Positions 9,414 to 19,630 of a stretch of 64,000 bases of DNA are shown here, piece by piece (positions within the stretch are counted from its first letter, which is position 1; every line of letters begins with the position of its first letter). The stretch is from Spirochaetia bacterium (GTDB taxonomy: Bacteria; Spirochaetota; Spirochaetia; UBA9216), in NCBI GenBank assembly GCA_963675665.1, contig OY776510.1, positions 4,960,001 through 5,024,000 on the forward strand, written 5' to 3'. The position numbers and the translations under genes were made by a program. A model generated the notes under the pieces. The model was given only the letters and a program-made list of their open reading frames with translations, did not search any database and had not been told where the DNA came from.

Positions 9414-10808
9414 TTACAGCGAATCCGCAATATTTATCAGTTTGTCTCTGCGCGTAAACGCCATTACCGACGCGGCGCGGGCAATATGTTCTACAATATA
9501 TTCAGGCAGGTTTTGCAGATAAGTCAAGGCAGACATATTTTCATTAAGATAGTCTCTTGAAGCATCAATACACTGCTCTTTCCGATTTTCCTCGATATTG
9601 CAGTAAATGAATAACGACAAAGGTGAGTTCTGCAAATCAAAATCGGAGGAATCTGAACGACCGTATTTAAACAACTGATAGAGTTTCGTATTTTCAATTT
9701 TCCTGATTCGGGGACAATCCTCAATTTCAGGGAGATGATATGTAAGCCTGCACCATTCTTTACCGGGATTTATATCTCCCATAAAAAACGATACCGGGGT
9801 GTCTCCTCCTGAAAGTTCAGCCAGCGCCTGAAGTATTCCTGCGCTGATCATCTTAATTCCAAGATATTGACTGGCTATAGAAAGGTTGATTTTTGTCCTG
9901 CTTATCAGCGATTCATACTCATCCGCGGCAGGATAATCGGCATACTGCTGAAACACCGTTTCGGGTTTTAAAAACGACAGAAAACCTTCCATTTTTCGAA
10001 GCGCCGCTGCATAGCTTCTGATTGTATACAAACCATGAAAAAAAAGCTCCGGATTGGATTCCGGCAGCAGTTTCCAGGTATTATCCAGAAAGTGCGCAGA
10101 ATCCTCCTCCGCGAAATTGTTAATGTCTCTGTTGGATAACGTTACAGCCGAGATAACAGTCTGAATAATATCCTCTTCAACCAGCCCCAACCGGAACAGC
10201 TCATTGGTTTTCTGAATACGCATTTTCAACTGTTCGGCGGGAGACCGGCCTTCAGAATCAGGGGCGCGGAAAGGTATTGTCATTTCTATTCCCGCTGTAG
10301 CAATTAACAAATCCGCGTCCTTCACCGCTCCCACAAGAAGCGAATTCATTACAAGCGCGCTGAGGAACTCATTCAGCCCGGCATAGGGAGATAAAACCTG
10401 CCCGGGCGAAAAACCGAAAACCGATGCTGTACCGTAAAAGGCTCTGTCAGAGGGGTCAATATCATTACGAATTTCTATCCGATCCCCGTCAACAATGAGA
10501 TATGGTATCAATATGGATTCAATATCTTTATGAAAACCGTTGTCTACCTGATAATAAACCAGATCATGAAAAACAGCAGCCAGCGAAAGATGAGGGTCTT
10601 TGCCGTCGGCAAGATCAAAAATATGCTCCGGGGTATGAAAACTTCTGTTCTGCATTCTCATAGCCTGGTAAACAAGAATACCCATATTCTCAATGGTATT
10701 ATCGTCTACTGACGCCTTCAGTTGCTTAAGGGCATTTTGGAGCAAAGAAATAGTGCTGTGTATAGCACCTTCAGGAATTTCGGAGGGATTAAAATCACAT
10801 TTCGCCAT
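9414..10808 (-). CDS. Hypothetical protein with HD-superfamily (COG4339-like) metal-binding motifs
   Basis: RSFHTPEH...AAVFHDLVY...T...RD pattern; 464-aa ORF with AGGTG RBS. Confidence 0.6.
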   Translation of the reverse strand: MAKCDFNPSEIPEGAIHSTISLLQNALKQLKASVDDNTIENMGILVYQAMRMQNRSFHTPEHIFDLADGKDPHLSLAAVFHDLVYYQVDNGFHKDIESILIPYLIVDGDRIEIRNDIDPSDRAFYGTASVFGFSPGQVLSPYAGLNEFLSALVMNSLLVGAVKDADLLIATAGIEMTIPFRAPDSEGRSPAEQLKMRIQKTNELFRLGLVEEDIIQTVISAVTLSNRDINNFAEEDSAHFLDNTWKLLPESNPELFFHGLYTIRSYAAALRKMEGFLSFLKPETVFQQYADYPAADEYESLISRTKINLSIASQYLGIKMISAGILQALAELSGGDTPVSFFMGDINPGKEWCRLTYHLPEIEDCPRIRKIENTKLYQLFKYGRSDSSDFDLQNSPLSLFIYCNIEENRKEQCIDASRDYLNENMSALTYLQNLPEYIVEHIARAASVMAFTRRDKLINIADSL

Positions 10809-11031
10809 ATACAGTCACCTTATAACTTTCATTTTCATATATTATATCAGAAATTGCTTTTATGCGTGACAAAAAAATTAGTAACGACAGCTCCCGTAAC
10901 ATCTCTTATGCTTCAGCTTTTTTTAATACTGAACGAAGGTTCATGCTGCAAAAGACTTGAACAGACGAAAGGATTTAATATAATTAATACATAATATTAT
11001 TTTTGATAAAATAAATTTTAAGGTAATTAAT

Positions 11032-12720
11032 TTGAGCCGTATCAGTATAAAAATAATATGCTCAATAGTACTGAGCGTTTTCATTGTGGCCATTACTATT
11101 GGAGCAATAAGCTCATCGCGGGCCGCAATGATAATACAGGAAGAGACCTACCTGAAATTTCAATATATGGCGACAAGCTACGCAAACAGGTTCAGTCTTC
11201 TTCTGTCAGAAGTAGAAACTGCAATACATACTTTATCATCAACTGTAACCAGTGATTTTAAAACGGATGATTTCAGGAACGATATTAATTACCGCAGTTA
11301 CTATATGAACAAGACAAACGGCATTCTTCTGGATATTATCCTCCAAAACACTTCAATACAGGGAATATATCTTGCGATTAATCCGGAGATAACCGGCAAA
11401 GTATATGAATCCTGGTATATAAACAATGGAAATGAAAATTTCATATACCAGGAGCCCGAAGATATTTCCACATTTTACCCGGAAAACGAAAATATGAAAT
11501 GGTATTATGATCCAATCAGGACGGGAGAAGGTGTCTGGTCCATGCCTTACACAGACGCTACCATTAATATAAAAATGATTTCATATACAAAGGCTATCTA
11601 CGCAGGAAAGCAGCTGATCGGTGTTGCAGGAATAGACCTGTCCTTTAACGATATATTTAAAACTATCTCGGAAATAGTACTGTATGATTCCGGGTACGGG
11701 ATACTTACTGATTCCAGTTATCACGTAATCGTACACCCGGAATTACAGGAAGGTACGGATATAAGCAAACTGCAAAATGAGAACTTTAAATCCGTTATTA
11801 ACTCTCTGAAACAAAATAATACTGATGTACTTTTATACAAATATCGTAATATTGATAAAATAATGGGCTTTTCAAAACTTACCAATGATTGGGTTTTTTT
11901 GGCAGTAGCTGACCTTGCGGACATTAACACTCCTGTAAAAAGACTTCGTCAGGTTATTACGGTAATTGTAATTATAGTTATCCTTTTCGGCGCTGCTGTC
12001 GGACTTTCCATTTCCAAATCCATTACAGGTCAGCTGAATATACTCCATGAAATGACAGACCGGATAGGTAATGGAAATTTCAAACTGCCTTCTGCCCCTG
12101 AAACAAACGACGAAATAGGAAACCTGGCACGAAGCTTCAGGGTAATGAGTCAGAAGCTGGAAGCATCACAAAAGGATCTTCTTGAACTCAACAACAGCAT
12201 GAAGATTTTAGCCTTCCATGATCCGTTAACCAGATTACCAAACAGAAGATACGGAATGGATGCTTTAGAAAAAATGGTAAATAACTATAATGCAGAAAAT
12301 TTTGATATCTGCGGAATCATGTCTATCGATCTTGATAATTTTAAAGACATTAACGACACAAAAGGACACGACGTCGGTGATAAAATTCTGATACAGACTT
12401 CAGAAATGATGAATCACCAAATCAGCAGTCATGACCTCCTGTGCAGGATAGGCGGAGATGAGTTTCTTCTTCTTTTTCGAAAGGTACCGTCAGTATCTCA
12501 TGTAGAGGCGATGGCAAAACGTATCCTTAATGCTGTTAAAGAACCTGTTCTGATAGATTCCTGTGAAATTCATTCCGGCTGCAGTATCGGAATCGCCATT
12601 CTCGATACTGGAAACAACGACATTGATAAAATACTGAAGAATGCTGATTTGGCATTATACTCAGTCAAGAAAAGCGGCCGAAATAATTATTGCCTGTACA
12701 CAGACGATTCAGAAACATAG
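11032..12720 (+). CDS. Diguanylate cyclase (TM-dCache-TM-HAMP-GGDEF)
   Basis: WYY..P..W..PY.D Cache pattern, DEIGNLA HAMP, DPLTRLPNRR, DLDNFKDIND, IGGDEF. Confidence 0.93.
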   Translation: MSRISIKIICSIVLSVFIVAITIGAISSSRAAMIIQEETYLKFQYMATSYANRFSLLLSEVETAIHTLSSTVTSDFKTDDFRNDINYRSYYMNKTNGILLDIILQNTSIQGIYLAINPEITGKVYESWYINNGNENFIYQEPEDISTFYPENENMKWYYDPIRTGEGVWSMPYTDATINIKMISYTKAIYAGKQLIGVAGIDLSFNDIFKTISEIVLYDSGYGILTDSSYHVIVHPELQEGTDISKLQNENFKSVINSLKQNNTDVLLYKYRNIDKIMGFSKLTNDWVFLAVADLADINTPVKRLRQVITVIVIIVILFGAAVGLSISKSITGQLNILHEMTDRIGNGNFKLPSAPETNDEIGNLARSFRVMSQKLEASQKDLLELNNSMKILAFHDPLTRLPNRRYGMDALEKMVNNYNAENFDICGIMSIDLDNFKDINDTKGHDVGDKILIQTSEMMNHQISSHDLLCRIGGDEFLLLFRKVPSVSHVEAMAKRILNAVKEPVLIDSCEIHSGCSIGIAILDTGNNDIDKILKNADLALYSVKKSGRNNYCLYTDDSET

Positions 12721-12724
12721 TTTC

Positions 12725-13525
12725 TTACAAATCATCCAGTTCAAACTCAAGTGTAAACAGGGTTCCGCTGTTATAATCTGTATAGCTGTAATCGGCATTT
12801 ATCTGGGTTGAGAGCGCTTCAATAATGCTCATACCGAAGGTTTCAGAGTTCTCCTTATCCGAATTTTCAAAAAGCCCTGACCCTTCATCACTAATACTTA
12901 CTTTTATTGATTTTAAACTGCCTGAGGCGCGCTCCACTTTAATCACTAGCTCACCCTTGTCATCCGGAAAAGCATGCTTAAAAGAATTTAAAACTACCTC
13001 GTTTATAATTAATGCAAACGCTATACCATTATCAAGAAGAAGGATAATTTCTTCATCCGGAAAATCAAATCTCAGCCTGACATTCGGCTTTCCGGCATAA
13101 GCTCTTAGCTCTATCGCAAGATTCCTGATCATCGCAAGCATGGTTACATCGGTATAATTCTCAGAAAAAATGGAATCCTGATAAACCATAGATACAGTTT
13201 CAACCCTGCGTAAAGATTTATTAAAGTGAGAAAGTTCAATATCGTTTGCATGTAATGATCCCAGTGATAATAAGCTTGTAATCAATTGCAGATTATTCTT
13301 TACCCTGTGATTTAATTCATGTATAAGCCCGTTTTTTTCATTCAGAAGATTTTCCAGTTCGTTTTCCCGTTCCTCGAGGGTTCTTACTGTAGCCATCAGA
13401 AGCTTCTGCTTATCCTCAAGATCCCTGACTTTCTCCTGCAGCTGGGAATAATAGCTTTTTTTAATAGAAGAATCTCCCAGTCCTATTATCTTCTTTCTGA
13501 TGTCGTCATCGGAGGAGTTTTTCAT
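12725..13525 (-). CDS. HisKA_2 histidine kinase with ErcS-like N-terminal peptide
   Basis: KIIGLGDSSIKKSYY N-terminus; ELNHRVKNNLQ H-box; NSFKHAF; DEGSG; overlaps the end of the ADH-like gene. Confidence 0.85.
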   Translation of the reverse strand: MKNSSDDDIRKKIIGLGDSSIKKSYYSQLQEKVRDLEDKQKLLMATVRTLEERENELENLLNEKNGLIHELNHRVKNNLQLITSLLSLGSLHANDIELSHFNKSLRRVETVSMVYQDSIFSENYTDVTMLAMIRNLAIELRAYAGKPNVRLRFDFPDEEIILLLDNGIAFALIINEVVLNSFKHAFPDDKGELVIKVERASGSLKSIKVSISDEGSGLFENSDKENSETFGMSIIEALSTQINADYSYTDYNSGTLFTLEFELDDL

Positions 13526-14675
13526 AGATACTGATTATATCCTTTTCGGTTACCGGCATGGGATTGGTTACTGTACACGCATCCTGGATTGCTTTTTCAG
13601 CCAGTTTTTCAAGAACATTTGGGCTTATATCTTTCGAATCAAGGGAAGTCCTGATACCGATTTCTTTTTTCAAATCTGTTATCGAATCAACCAGTAAGTC
13701 AAGAACTTCATCTGCTCCTGCTTCGGATAAATCTTTGTCGATCATCATTTCTGCCAGTTTTCTGTATCGTTCCGGTTCAGCCTCAAAATTATATTTAACA
13801 ACCGGCTCAAACAGCATACCGTTACAGTAACCGTGGGAAAGATCATAAAAACCACCAAGAGCATGCGACATTGAGTGAATCAACCCAAGGCTTGCATTGG
13901 AAAAAGCCAGTCCGGCATGTAGACTCCCCTGCATCATTCCTGTTCTCGCTTGAATATCATCCGGCGATTCAACAGCGCGTTTGAGATTTTTAATGATGTA
14001 TTCAACTGCTTTTTCGGCATGCAGATCGGTAAGAGAGCTCGTGGCATTGGAAACATAAGCCTCAAAAGCATGAGACAGCGCATCGATTCCCGTTTCAGCA
14101 GTCCGTTCCCTGTCCATCGTAACTGAAAGTAATGGGTCGATTATACTGGCGTCCGAAACTATCCCCTTGCTTACTATTGCCATTTTATATTTTTGGCTTG
14201 TATCAGTGATAATAGCGAATTGTGAAACATCAGCAGAAGTCCCGGCTGTGGTCGGAATCGCAATCAACGGAGGAACCGGCTGCTCAACCTTATCTACGCC
14301 CTCAAAATTCTTAATTGCTTTTTTATTTGAAACTACAATACCTATACCCTTGGAACAATCTATCGGGCTGCCGCCTCCGAGCGCCACCAGCATATCACAG
14401 CCGTTTTCAAGATATACTTCTACCCCTTTATCTATTTCCGTATCCTTCGGATTAGGTGTTACATCATAGAAGGGAACAAAACTGATACCTGCATTGTTAA
14501 GAATATTTTCAAGATGTGATGTCCAGCCGACATTCTCTATTCCGCGATCTGAAACAAGCAAAACCTTCCGACCGCCCGTATTCCTGATATACGAAACACA
14601 TTTTTCAAGAGATCCCTTACCAAAAAGAATTTCCGGTGCGACAAATTTTCTTAATTCATCATACGCTTCACTCAT
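13506..14675 (-). CDS. ercA: Iron-containing ADH-like regulatory protein (ErcA-like)
   Basis: LRKFVAPEI N-terminus, GGGSPID, PTTAGTSAD, DALSH, HSMSH, HG metal ligands; coupled to the kinase. Confidence 0.8.
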   Translation of the reverse strand: MSEAYDELRKFVAPEILFGKGSLEKCVSYIRNTGGRKVLLVSDRGIENVGWTSHLENILNNAGISFVPFYDVTPNPKDTEIDKGVEVYLENGCDMLVALGGGSPIDCSKGIGIVVSNKKAIKNFEGVDKVEQPVPPLIAIPTTAGTSADVSQFAIITDTSQKYKMAIVSKGIVSDASIIDPLLSVTMDRERTAETGIDALSHAFEAYVSNATSSLTDLHAEKAVEYIIKNLKRAVESPDDIQARTGMMQGSLHAGLAFSNASLGLIHSMSHALGGFYDLSHGYCNGMLFEPVVKYNFEAEPERYRKLAEMMIDKDLSEAGADEVLDLLVDSITDLKKEIGIRTSLDSKDISPNVLEKLAEKAIQDACTVTNPMPVTEKDIISIYEKLLR

Positions 14676-14774
14676 ATATAAACTATAAGATATTAAAATT
14701 CATATTTCAAATGATTATCGAATAATATATATTACTTACCTTTATGATTTTCAAATACCCAATGTAAATGCATA

Positions 14775-15752
14775 TCAGCTACTGACAGTTATCCGAACAC
14801 CTTCCTGCAGACTGTATCTTGGTATATAACCGTCGGCCTTTGCCTTTGAAATATCATGATAATAGAAACTTCGGGCAATACCGTCCACAATATCGGTGGT
14901 CAGCTGCGGTTCAAAACGTAAAACCTTCCCGGCCAGCTCAAACAACGATGCAATAAAATATGCAAACCAGTACGGAAGCGGAATAATCCGCCTGTTCTTG
15001 CCGATTTCCTCTCTTAAAATCATTAGAATTTCGCGAAGGGTTACCGGGTCATCATCCGAGATAACATACATATTGATGCCGGAATCATTATTCTCCATGA
15101 GCTTAACCATGGCCCACGCGAGGTTCCCGACAAAGCAGAGCGGAAAGAAGTTCTTCTGGTTCCCGATAATAACCAGGGTCGGAGTTTCCATTTTTTTAAA
15201 AAGTACAGATGCGGCGGTAATCGGATTTGCCCTGGGGCCGAAAAACGGCGGAGGACGGAAAATTATCACCGTTATTTTACCTTCGGCCAGTTCTTTGATT
15301 TTATTCTCCGCCAGGAGTTTTGTTTTCCCGTATAAGGTCCGGGGTTTGCATACCGAGTTTTCCGTAATAGGCTGAGACTCCGACCCGACGGGACCTACAG
15401 CAGCCATGCTGCTTGGAAAAACAAATTTTGAAGCCCCTGCGATTATCGCTGCTTTCAGAACATTCTCAACACCGCCGACATTCAGTCCGTAATACTCTTC
15501 TTCGGTAACAGGCGCTTTGCCGAGATAAGCTGCCAAATGGTAAACAATATCACCCTCTTGCAGAATGGACTGAATGCTTTGCTGATCCAAAACATCGCCG
15601 ACCTGAAAATCCGCACCGAGAGAATCAATGTATTCGTGACGGGCCTCTTTACGGTCAACACATAAAACCGGATACCCCTGCTCAAGCAGCAATTCAATGA
15701 GATGAGATCCAAGAAAACCGGCACCTCCGATTACAACAACCCTGTTTTTCAT
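14775..15752 (-). CDS. NAD-dependent epimerase/dehydratase (extended SDR)
   Basis: GGAGFLG, HLAA, YGKTK. Confidence 0.9.
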   Translation of the reverse strand: MKNRVVVIGGAGFLGSHLIELLLEQGYPVLCVDRKEARHEYIDSLGADFQVGDVLDQQSIQSILQEGDIVYHLAAYLGKAPVTEEEYYGLNVGGVENVLKAAIIAGASKFVFPSSMAAVGPVGSESQPITENSVCKPRTLYGKTKLLAENKIKELAEGKITVIIFRPPPFFGPRANPITAASVLFKKMETPTLVIIGNQKNFFPLCFVGNLAWAMVKLMENNDSGINMYVISDDDPVTLREILMILREEIGKNRRIIPLPYWFAYFIASLFELAGKVLRFEPQLTTDIVDGIARSFYYHDISKAKADGYIPRYSLQEGVRITVSS

Positions 15753-16757
15753 CTATCTACCTGCCTTTTGCCTGTATTCTTTTATAACATCAATAAAAGT
15801 CCCGCTTAACGTATACTGCGGATCAAAACCTATATCGCTTTGTGCTTTCGCTATACTGTAGTAGCGGAATTTAGCGCCCGGGGCAAATACTTCATAAGTC
15901 AGTTTGGGTTCTTTTAAAGAAACAGCCTCCATCATGGAAATAATCCCCGACAGGAATCGTACTGTTTTGAAAGACATAATTTTTTTCGGCGGCTCAACTT
16001 TCAAAAGATTACAAATTGTATGAAAAAAATCTTCATAGGAGATGTTCCAGTTTGTTAAAAGATACTGCTCTCCGATATTCCCGTTTTCAGCAAGCTTTAC
16101 AAGTCCGAGGGCAAGGTCTCTTACATCAAGGGCGGCAAATCCCCCGGGCATTATTGCCGGGACCTTCCCTGTTTCAAGGTTTTTAACCAGTTGAAAAATT
16201 CTTTCGTCTCCGGGCCCGAAAAACGTTGACGGATTTGCAATAACAGCCGGCAAGCCCCGGGCAGTTGCATCTTTTACAAGATTTTCCGCTTCATGCTTGG
16301 TTGTCATGTAAAAACAGTTTCGGGCTTCCGTCCAATCAAATTGTAATGTTTCATCGGCCGGGTTATGTTCATCGTTATTATACCCCAGGGCAGCAGTAGA
16401 ACTGACATAAATCATTTTTTCAACAGAAGCAGTCCGGCATGCTTCGATAACATTTCGGGTTGCATTCACATTAGCCTTGTAAAGCCGATTCCGGTCTTTA
16501 CGCCAGAAAGAAACCATAGCAGCGGTATGGAATACAGTATCGATTTCCTGAAAGTATGGAGCGAAAGACGAATAATCATTCAGGGAAATATCATAGAGAA
16601 TTTCTATTCTCTGGTCCTGTTTAAAATCTTCAAGGAAAAATGGGCGCCGGCTTCTGGCGAGAATACGAATCTGAGCGTCCGGATATGCCTTCCTGAGCTG
16701 AACAACCAGATGCTGACCAAGAAAACCAAGACCGCCTGTTATAACTATTTTTTTCAT
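15753..16757 (-). CDS. NAD-dependent epimerase/dehydratase (HpnA/dihydroflavonol reductase-like)
   Basis: TGGLGFLG, HTAA, YVSSTAA, YMTTK, DVRD. Confidence 0.9.
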   Translation of the reverse strand: MKKIVITGGLGFLGQHLVVQLRKAYPDAQIRILARSRRPFFLEDFKQDQRIEILYDISLNDYSSFAPYFQEIDTVFHTAAMVSFWRKDRNRLYKANVNATRNVIEACRTASVEKMIYVSSTAALGYNNDEHNPADETLQFDWTEARNCFYMTTKHEAENLVKDATARGLPAVIANPSTFFGPGDERIFQLVKNLETGKVPAIMPGGFAALDVRDLALGLVKLAENGNIGEQYLLTNWNISYEDFFHTICNLLKVEPPKKIMSFKTVRFLSGIISMMEAVSLKEPKLTYEVFAPGAKFRYYSIAKAQSDIGFDPQYTLSGTFIDVIKEYRQKAGR

Positions 16758-16979
16758 ATAGTTATTCTAACCCACAGTTAGTAAAAATGAAATTTAAAAA
16801 TATATAAGTGTTACGACTCTGTTATGCTATAATCAGGGGCAGACAACTGACTGAGATACTGCGATGAGCACATTTTTACTGAGCATGCCGATTTTTTTGC
16901 CTGAAAACCGGATAAATTGTAAAAAGCAGGGAATGGATTTCCGGTGCCGGTAATAAATGATTTTGTATAAGGATACCCA

Positions 16980-18158
16980 ATGATGAAAGACAGATCTCTT
17001 TTTATAATTAACTGTTTTCTGATGATTCAGCACTCAATAACTCTTCTTATCCTCGGTCCGATGATCCCGGAAATAATGGAAGAATTCGGAATCGGCGAAG
17101 GTACAGCAGGATTACTCCTTAGCGCCGGGTCGCTGGGTTCGGTAACAGGACCGCTTGTTGCCGGTTTCAGCATTGACCGTGCAGGAATGAAGATAGCATT
17201 AACCGCAGGACTTCTTGCAGAAGTGCTGTTTCTGATACTTTTCGGTCTGACACCGCTGTTCTGGGCTGCTGTTGTATTCAATTTTCTGCTTGTATTTTTT
17301 TCCGGCCCGGCAGAAACTTCGGTAAATATCATACCTGCAATGATCAAAACGACTAATCCCGGCAGAATAATGAACCTGGTGCATCTTTCTTTCAGTATCG
17401 GCGCCTTTATAACCCCTGTTTTAATCGGGTTATGCCTTTCCTCGAACGGTTCCTGGCGCAACATCCTCTTCGCAGCTGCAATTCCTGCGGGAACACTTGC
17501 CGTGATTTTCGCGTTTTCCGGTTTTCCCGCCGGGAAAACCAGGACACAGATCCATGAATTATCAGCCGGTTCTGCCGACGAAAAATCGTTCAGCATATCG
17601 CTGCTTCTGAAAAACCCGACCCTTATGCTCGGAACACTAACACTGTTTCTTTACGTAGGCGGAGAATTGGGATTTTCCGCCTGGAGCGTTAATTATCTTG
17701 AGGCCAAACTCGGTTTTTCAAAAATGCAGGCAAGCTTCGGGTTATCGCTCTTCTGGATTGGTATAATGATCGGCAGGCTGATCAATTCAATTCTAAGCGG
17801 TAGATTCTCGGGAATGCTGTTGATTAGTTTTTCATCATTGCTTGCCGTAGCCGCAGGAATCCCCTTTTTGTTCGCCGCTTCAATACCTGTAGTCTATTTA
17901 CTGATGTTTCTTATAGGCCTGGGGGTAGCCGGCGGATATCCTAATACAATGGTAGAAATAAACCGGCGATTTCCTGACAACATCGGCTCTGCCACAGGGA
18001 TTCTCGCCTTCGGAGCAGGCCTCGGCGCCATGATTTTCCAGTGGTTAATGGGTATAACTGCGGAACAAATCGGAATGACGGCGTCAATGCTTATTCCGTT
18101 TATCCTGTTCACACTAATGGTTCCGGTTTTCAGGGGCGCTGTAGCGGCCCGTTCCTGA
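16980..18158 (+). CDS. MFS transporter (FucP/TsgA-like)
   Basis: About 12 TM helices; G..IDRAG motif A; FLYVGGE. Confidence 0.9.
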   Translation: MMKDRSLFIINCFLMIQHSITLLILGPMIPEIMEEFGIGEGTAGLLLSAGSLGSVTGPLVAGFSIDRAGMKIALTAGLLAEVLFLILFGLTPLFWAAVVFNFLLVFFSGPAETSVNIIPAMIKTTNPGRIMNLVHLSFSIGAFITPVLIGLCLSSNGSWRNILFAAAIPAGTLAVIFAFSGFPAGKTRTQIHELSAGSADEKSFSISLLLKNPTLMLGTLTLFLYVGGELGFSAWSVNYLEAKLGFSKMQASFGLSLFWIGIMIGRLINSILSGRFSGMLLISFSSLLAVAAGIPFLFAASIPVVYLLMFLIGLGVAGGYPNTMVEINRRFPDNIGSATGILAFGAGLGAMIFQWLMGITAEQIGMTASMLIPFILFTLMVPVFRGAVAARS

Positions 18159-18221
18159 GGCCCGTTCCCTGCTGTACGGCGCCCTTTTGACAATACTCTG
18201 ATAATCAAATATTGTTTAATT

Positions 18222-18485
18222 ATGGAATATGTCGTTTGCCCGAACTGCCAGAGCAAATCATGGTACGACCGCGCTGCTCTCGGCGATAACAAACACACAA
18301 TGCGCTTTAAATGCACCCGCTGCGGCAAGCTTATAAAGCTGACCGGATGTTCAAAATGCGGCGCTAATGAATGGATAAGAGAAAACGACCTCTTTGAGAA
18401 AGGTGCAAAAAAACCCGTAGTCCGTTATCGATGCGGGGGTTGCGGCCGCATTGTCGGAATGTATCTTGACCATGATGAAGTCTGA
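18222..18485 (+). CDS. Small tandem zinc-ribbon protein (4 CxxC)
   Basis: CPNC, CTRC, CSKC, CGGC; TTGACA-N17-TATTGT promoter directly upstream. Confidence 0.75.
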   Translation: MEYVVCPNCQSKSWYDRAALGDNKHTMRFKCTRCGKLIKLTGCSKCGANEWIRENDLFEKGAKKPVVRYRCGGCGRIVGMYLDHDEV

Positions 18486-18525
18486 CAGGCTCAGGGTTTA
18501 TAAGGTTTTCTGCCACCCCGGTTTA

Positions 18526-19488
18526 TTATGCAGCCCTGTCCGGGATCTTTGATCTGAGAGCGTCCAGCAGCTCCCGGCCGGACGGCCTTTTTCTAACCCT
18601 TCCCGTAGAATCAAAAACCGTAAGCCCCTTCAGGATGTCCAGGTCCGCCTGCCTCAGGATGATCCATTGCTCACCGATCCCGGAAAACGGACGGCATTCC
18701 CTGACCAGGCTCTGAAAACTGTAACAACCGTCGCTGTGCCCGATTGCCGGGTAGTATTCCCTCCGTATCATACTCAGCCTTGATTCGTTTAATTCCGTTT
18801 TTACTGCGAATGCCCAGCAGTTTTCGCTAACGGCGAGACGGATACCCGGAAAGCCGAGCCTGAACGATAATAATTCAAAATGATTTTTATTTTCCGGGAG
18901 TTTATACGGAGGAAAGAACAGGAACTGATCGCTTTTACTTTTTCTGAAAGAAAGCCTGTCCGAAAGCCAGGGTTCAACTGATTCGGAATTCAATTCAACT
19001 GTATTCCGCCGGTATTCGAAAGCGGAATCGCAGAATTCACGCCAGCTATATTCGGGCTCAAACCGGTTTTTAATCAGACCGTAACGCTGTTCAAACCAAA
19101 TCATCATACCGGTGTCAAAGGGAACAAGAGTACTGTACTCTTCTGTACTGAAAGCTTCGGTATACCAGCATTTGTGTGCATCATATGACTTGCAGACCAG
19201 ACTTTGATAGGAAGATCCGTGGATTGAACATTTTCCCTCTTCAACAAGATGGCTGCAAGTCCTCCCGAGATATATTGCCCATTCACCTGTTTTTTTCAAG
19301 GCCGGGTATATTCCGTCATAACAGGAACTTAGAACAAGATCTGCAAAATTACTCTGCCCGCCAAGCGGCATTGCGGCAAGCGGCAGGTTTTTACAGCAGG
19401 GCGTACCGGAACATACCGAACACGGCGAATCCTTCCAGGGCTCCTGTCTAATGAGCAGGTCTCCCGAAACAGCTATCTTTTCTTTCAA
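18526..19488 (-). CDS. YkgJ/UPF0153-like cysteine-cluster protein
   Basis: CxxCxxxxCC...CxxL...CSIH...CKSY...C; GGAG RBS before TTG. Confidence 0.7.
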   Translation of the reverse strand: MKEKIAVSGDLLIRQEPWKDSPCSVCSGTPCCKNLPLAAMPLGGQSNFADLVLSSCYDGIYPALKKTGEWAIYLGRTCSHLVEEGKCSIHGSSYQSLVCKSYDAHKCWYTEAFSTEEYSTLVPFDTGMMIWFEQRYGLIKNRFEPEYSWREFCDSAFEYRRNTVELNSESVEPWLSDRLSFRKSKSDQFLFFPPYKLPENKNHFELLSFRLGFPGIRLAVSENCWAFAVKTELNESRLSMIRREYYPAIGHSDGCYSFQSLVRECRPFSGIGEQWIILRQADLDILKGLTVFDSTGRVRKRPSGRELLDALRSKIPDRAA

Positions 19489-19630
19489 TCAGAAAATCTC
19501 CAATAGATGACGATAACCGGGAATACGGTTTTTGTAAAGTACATATGGGAGGGGGCTTCGGACACAGTTTCTGTTGTTTTATATTATTACCAACAGTATA
19601 ATTAGATATCAAAACGATTCAGGAGGAATT

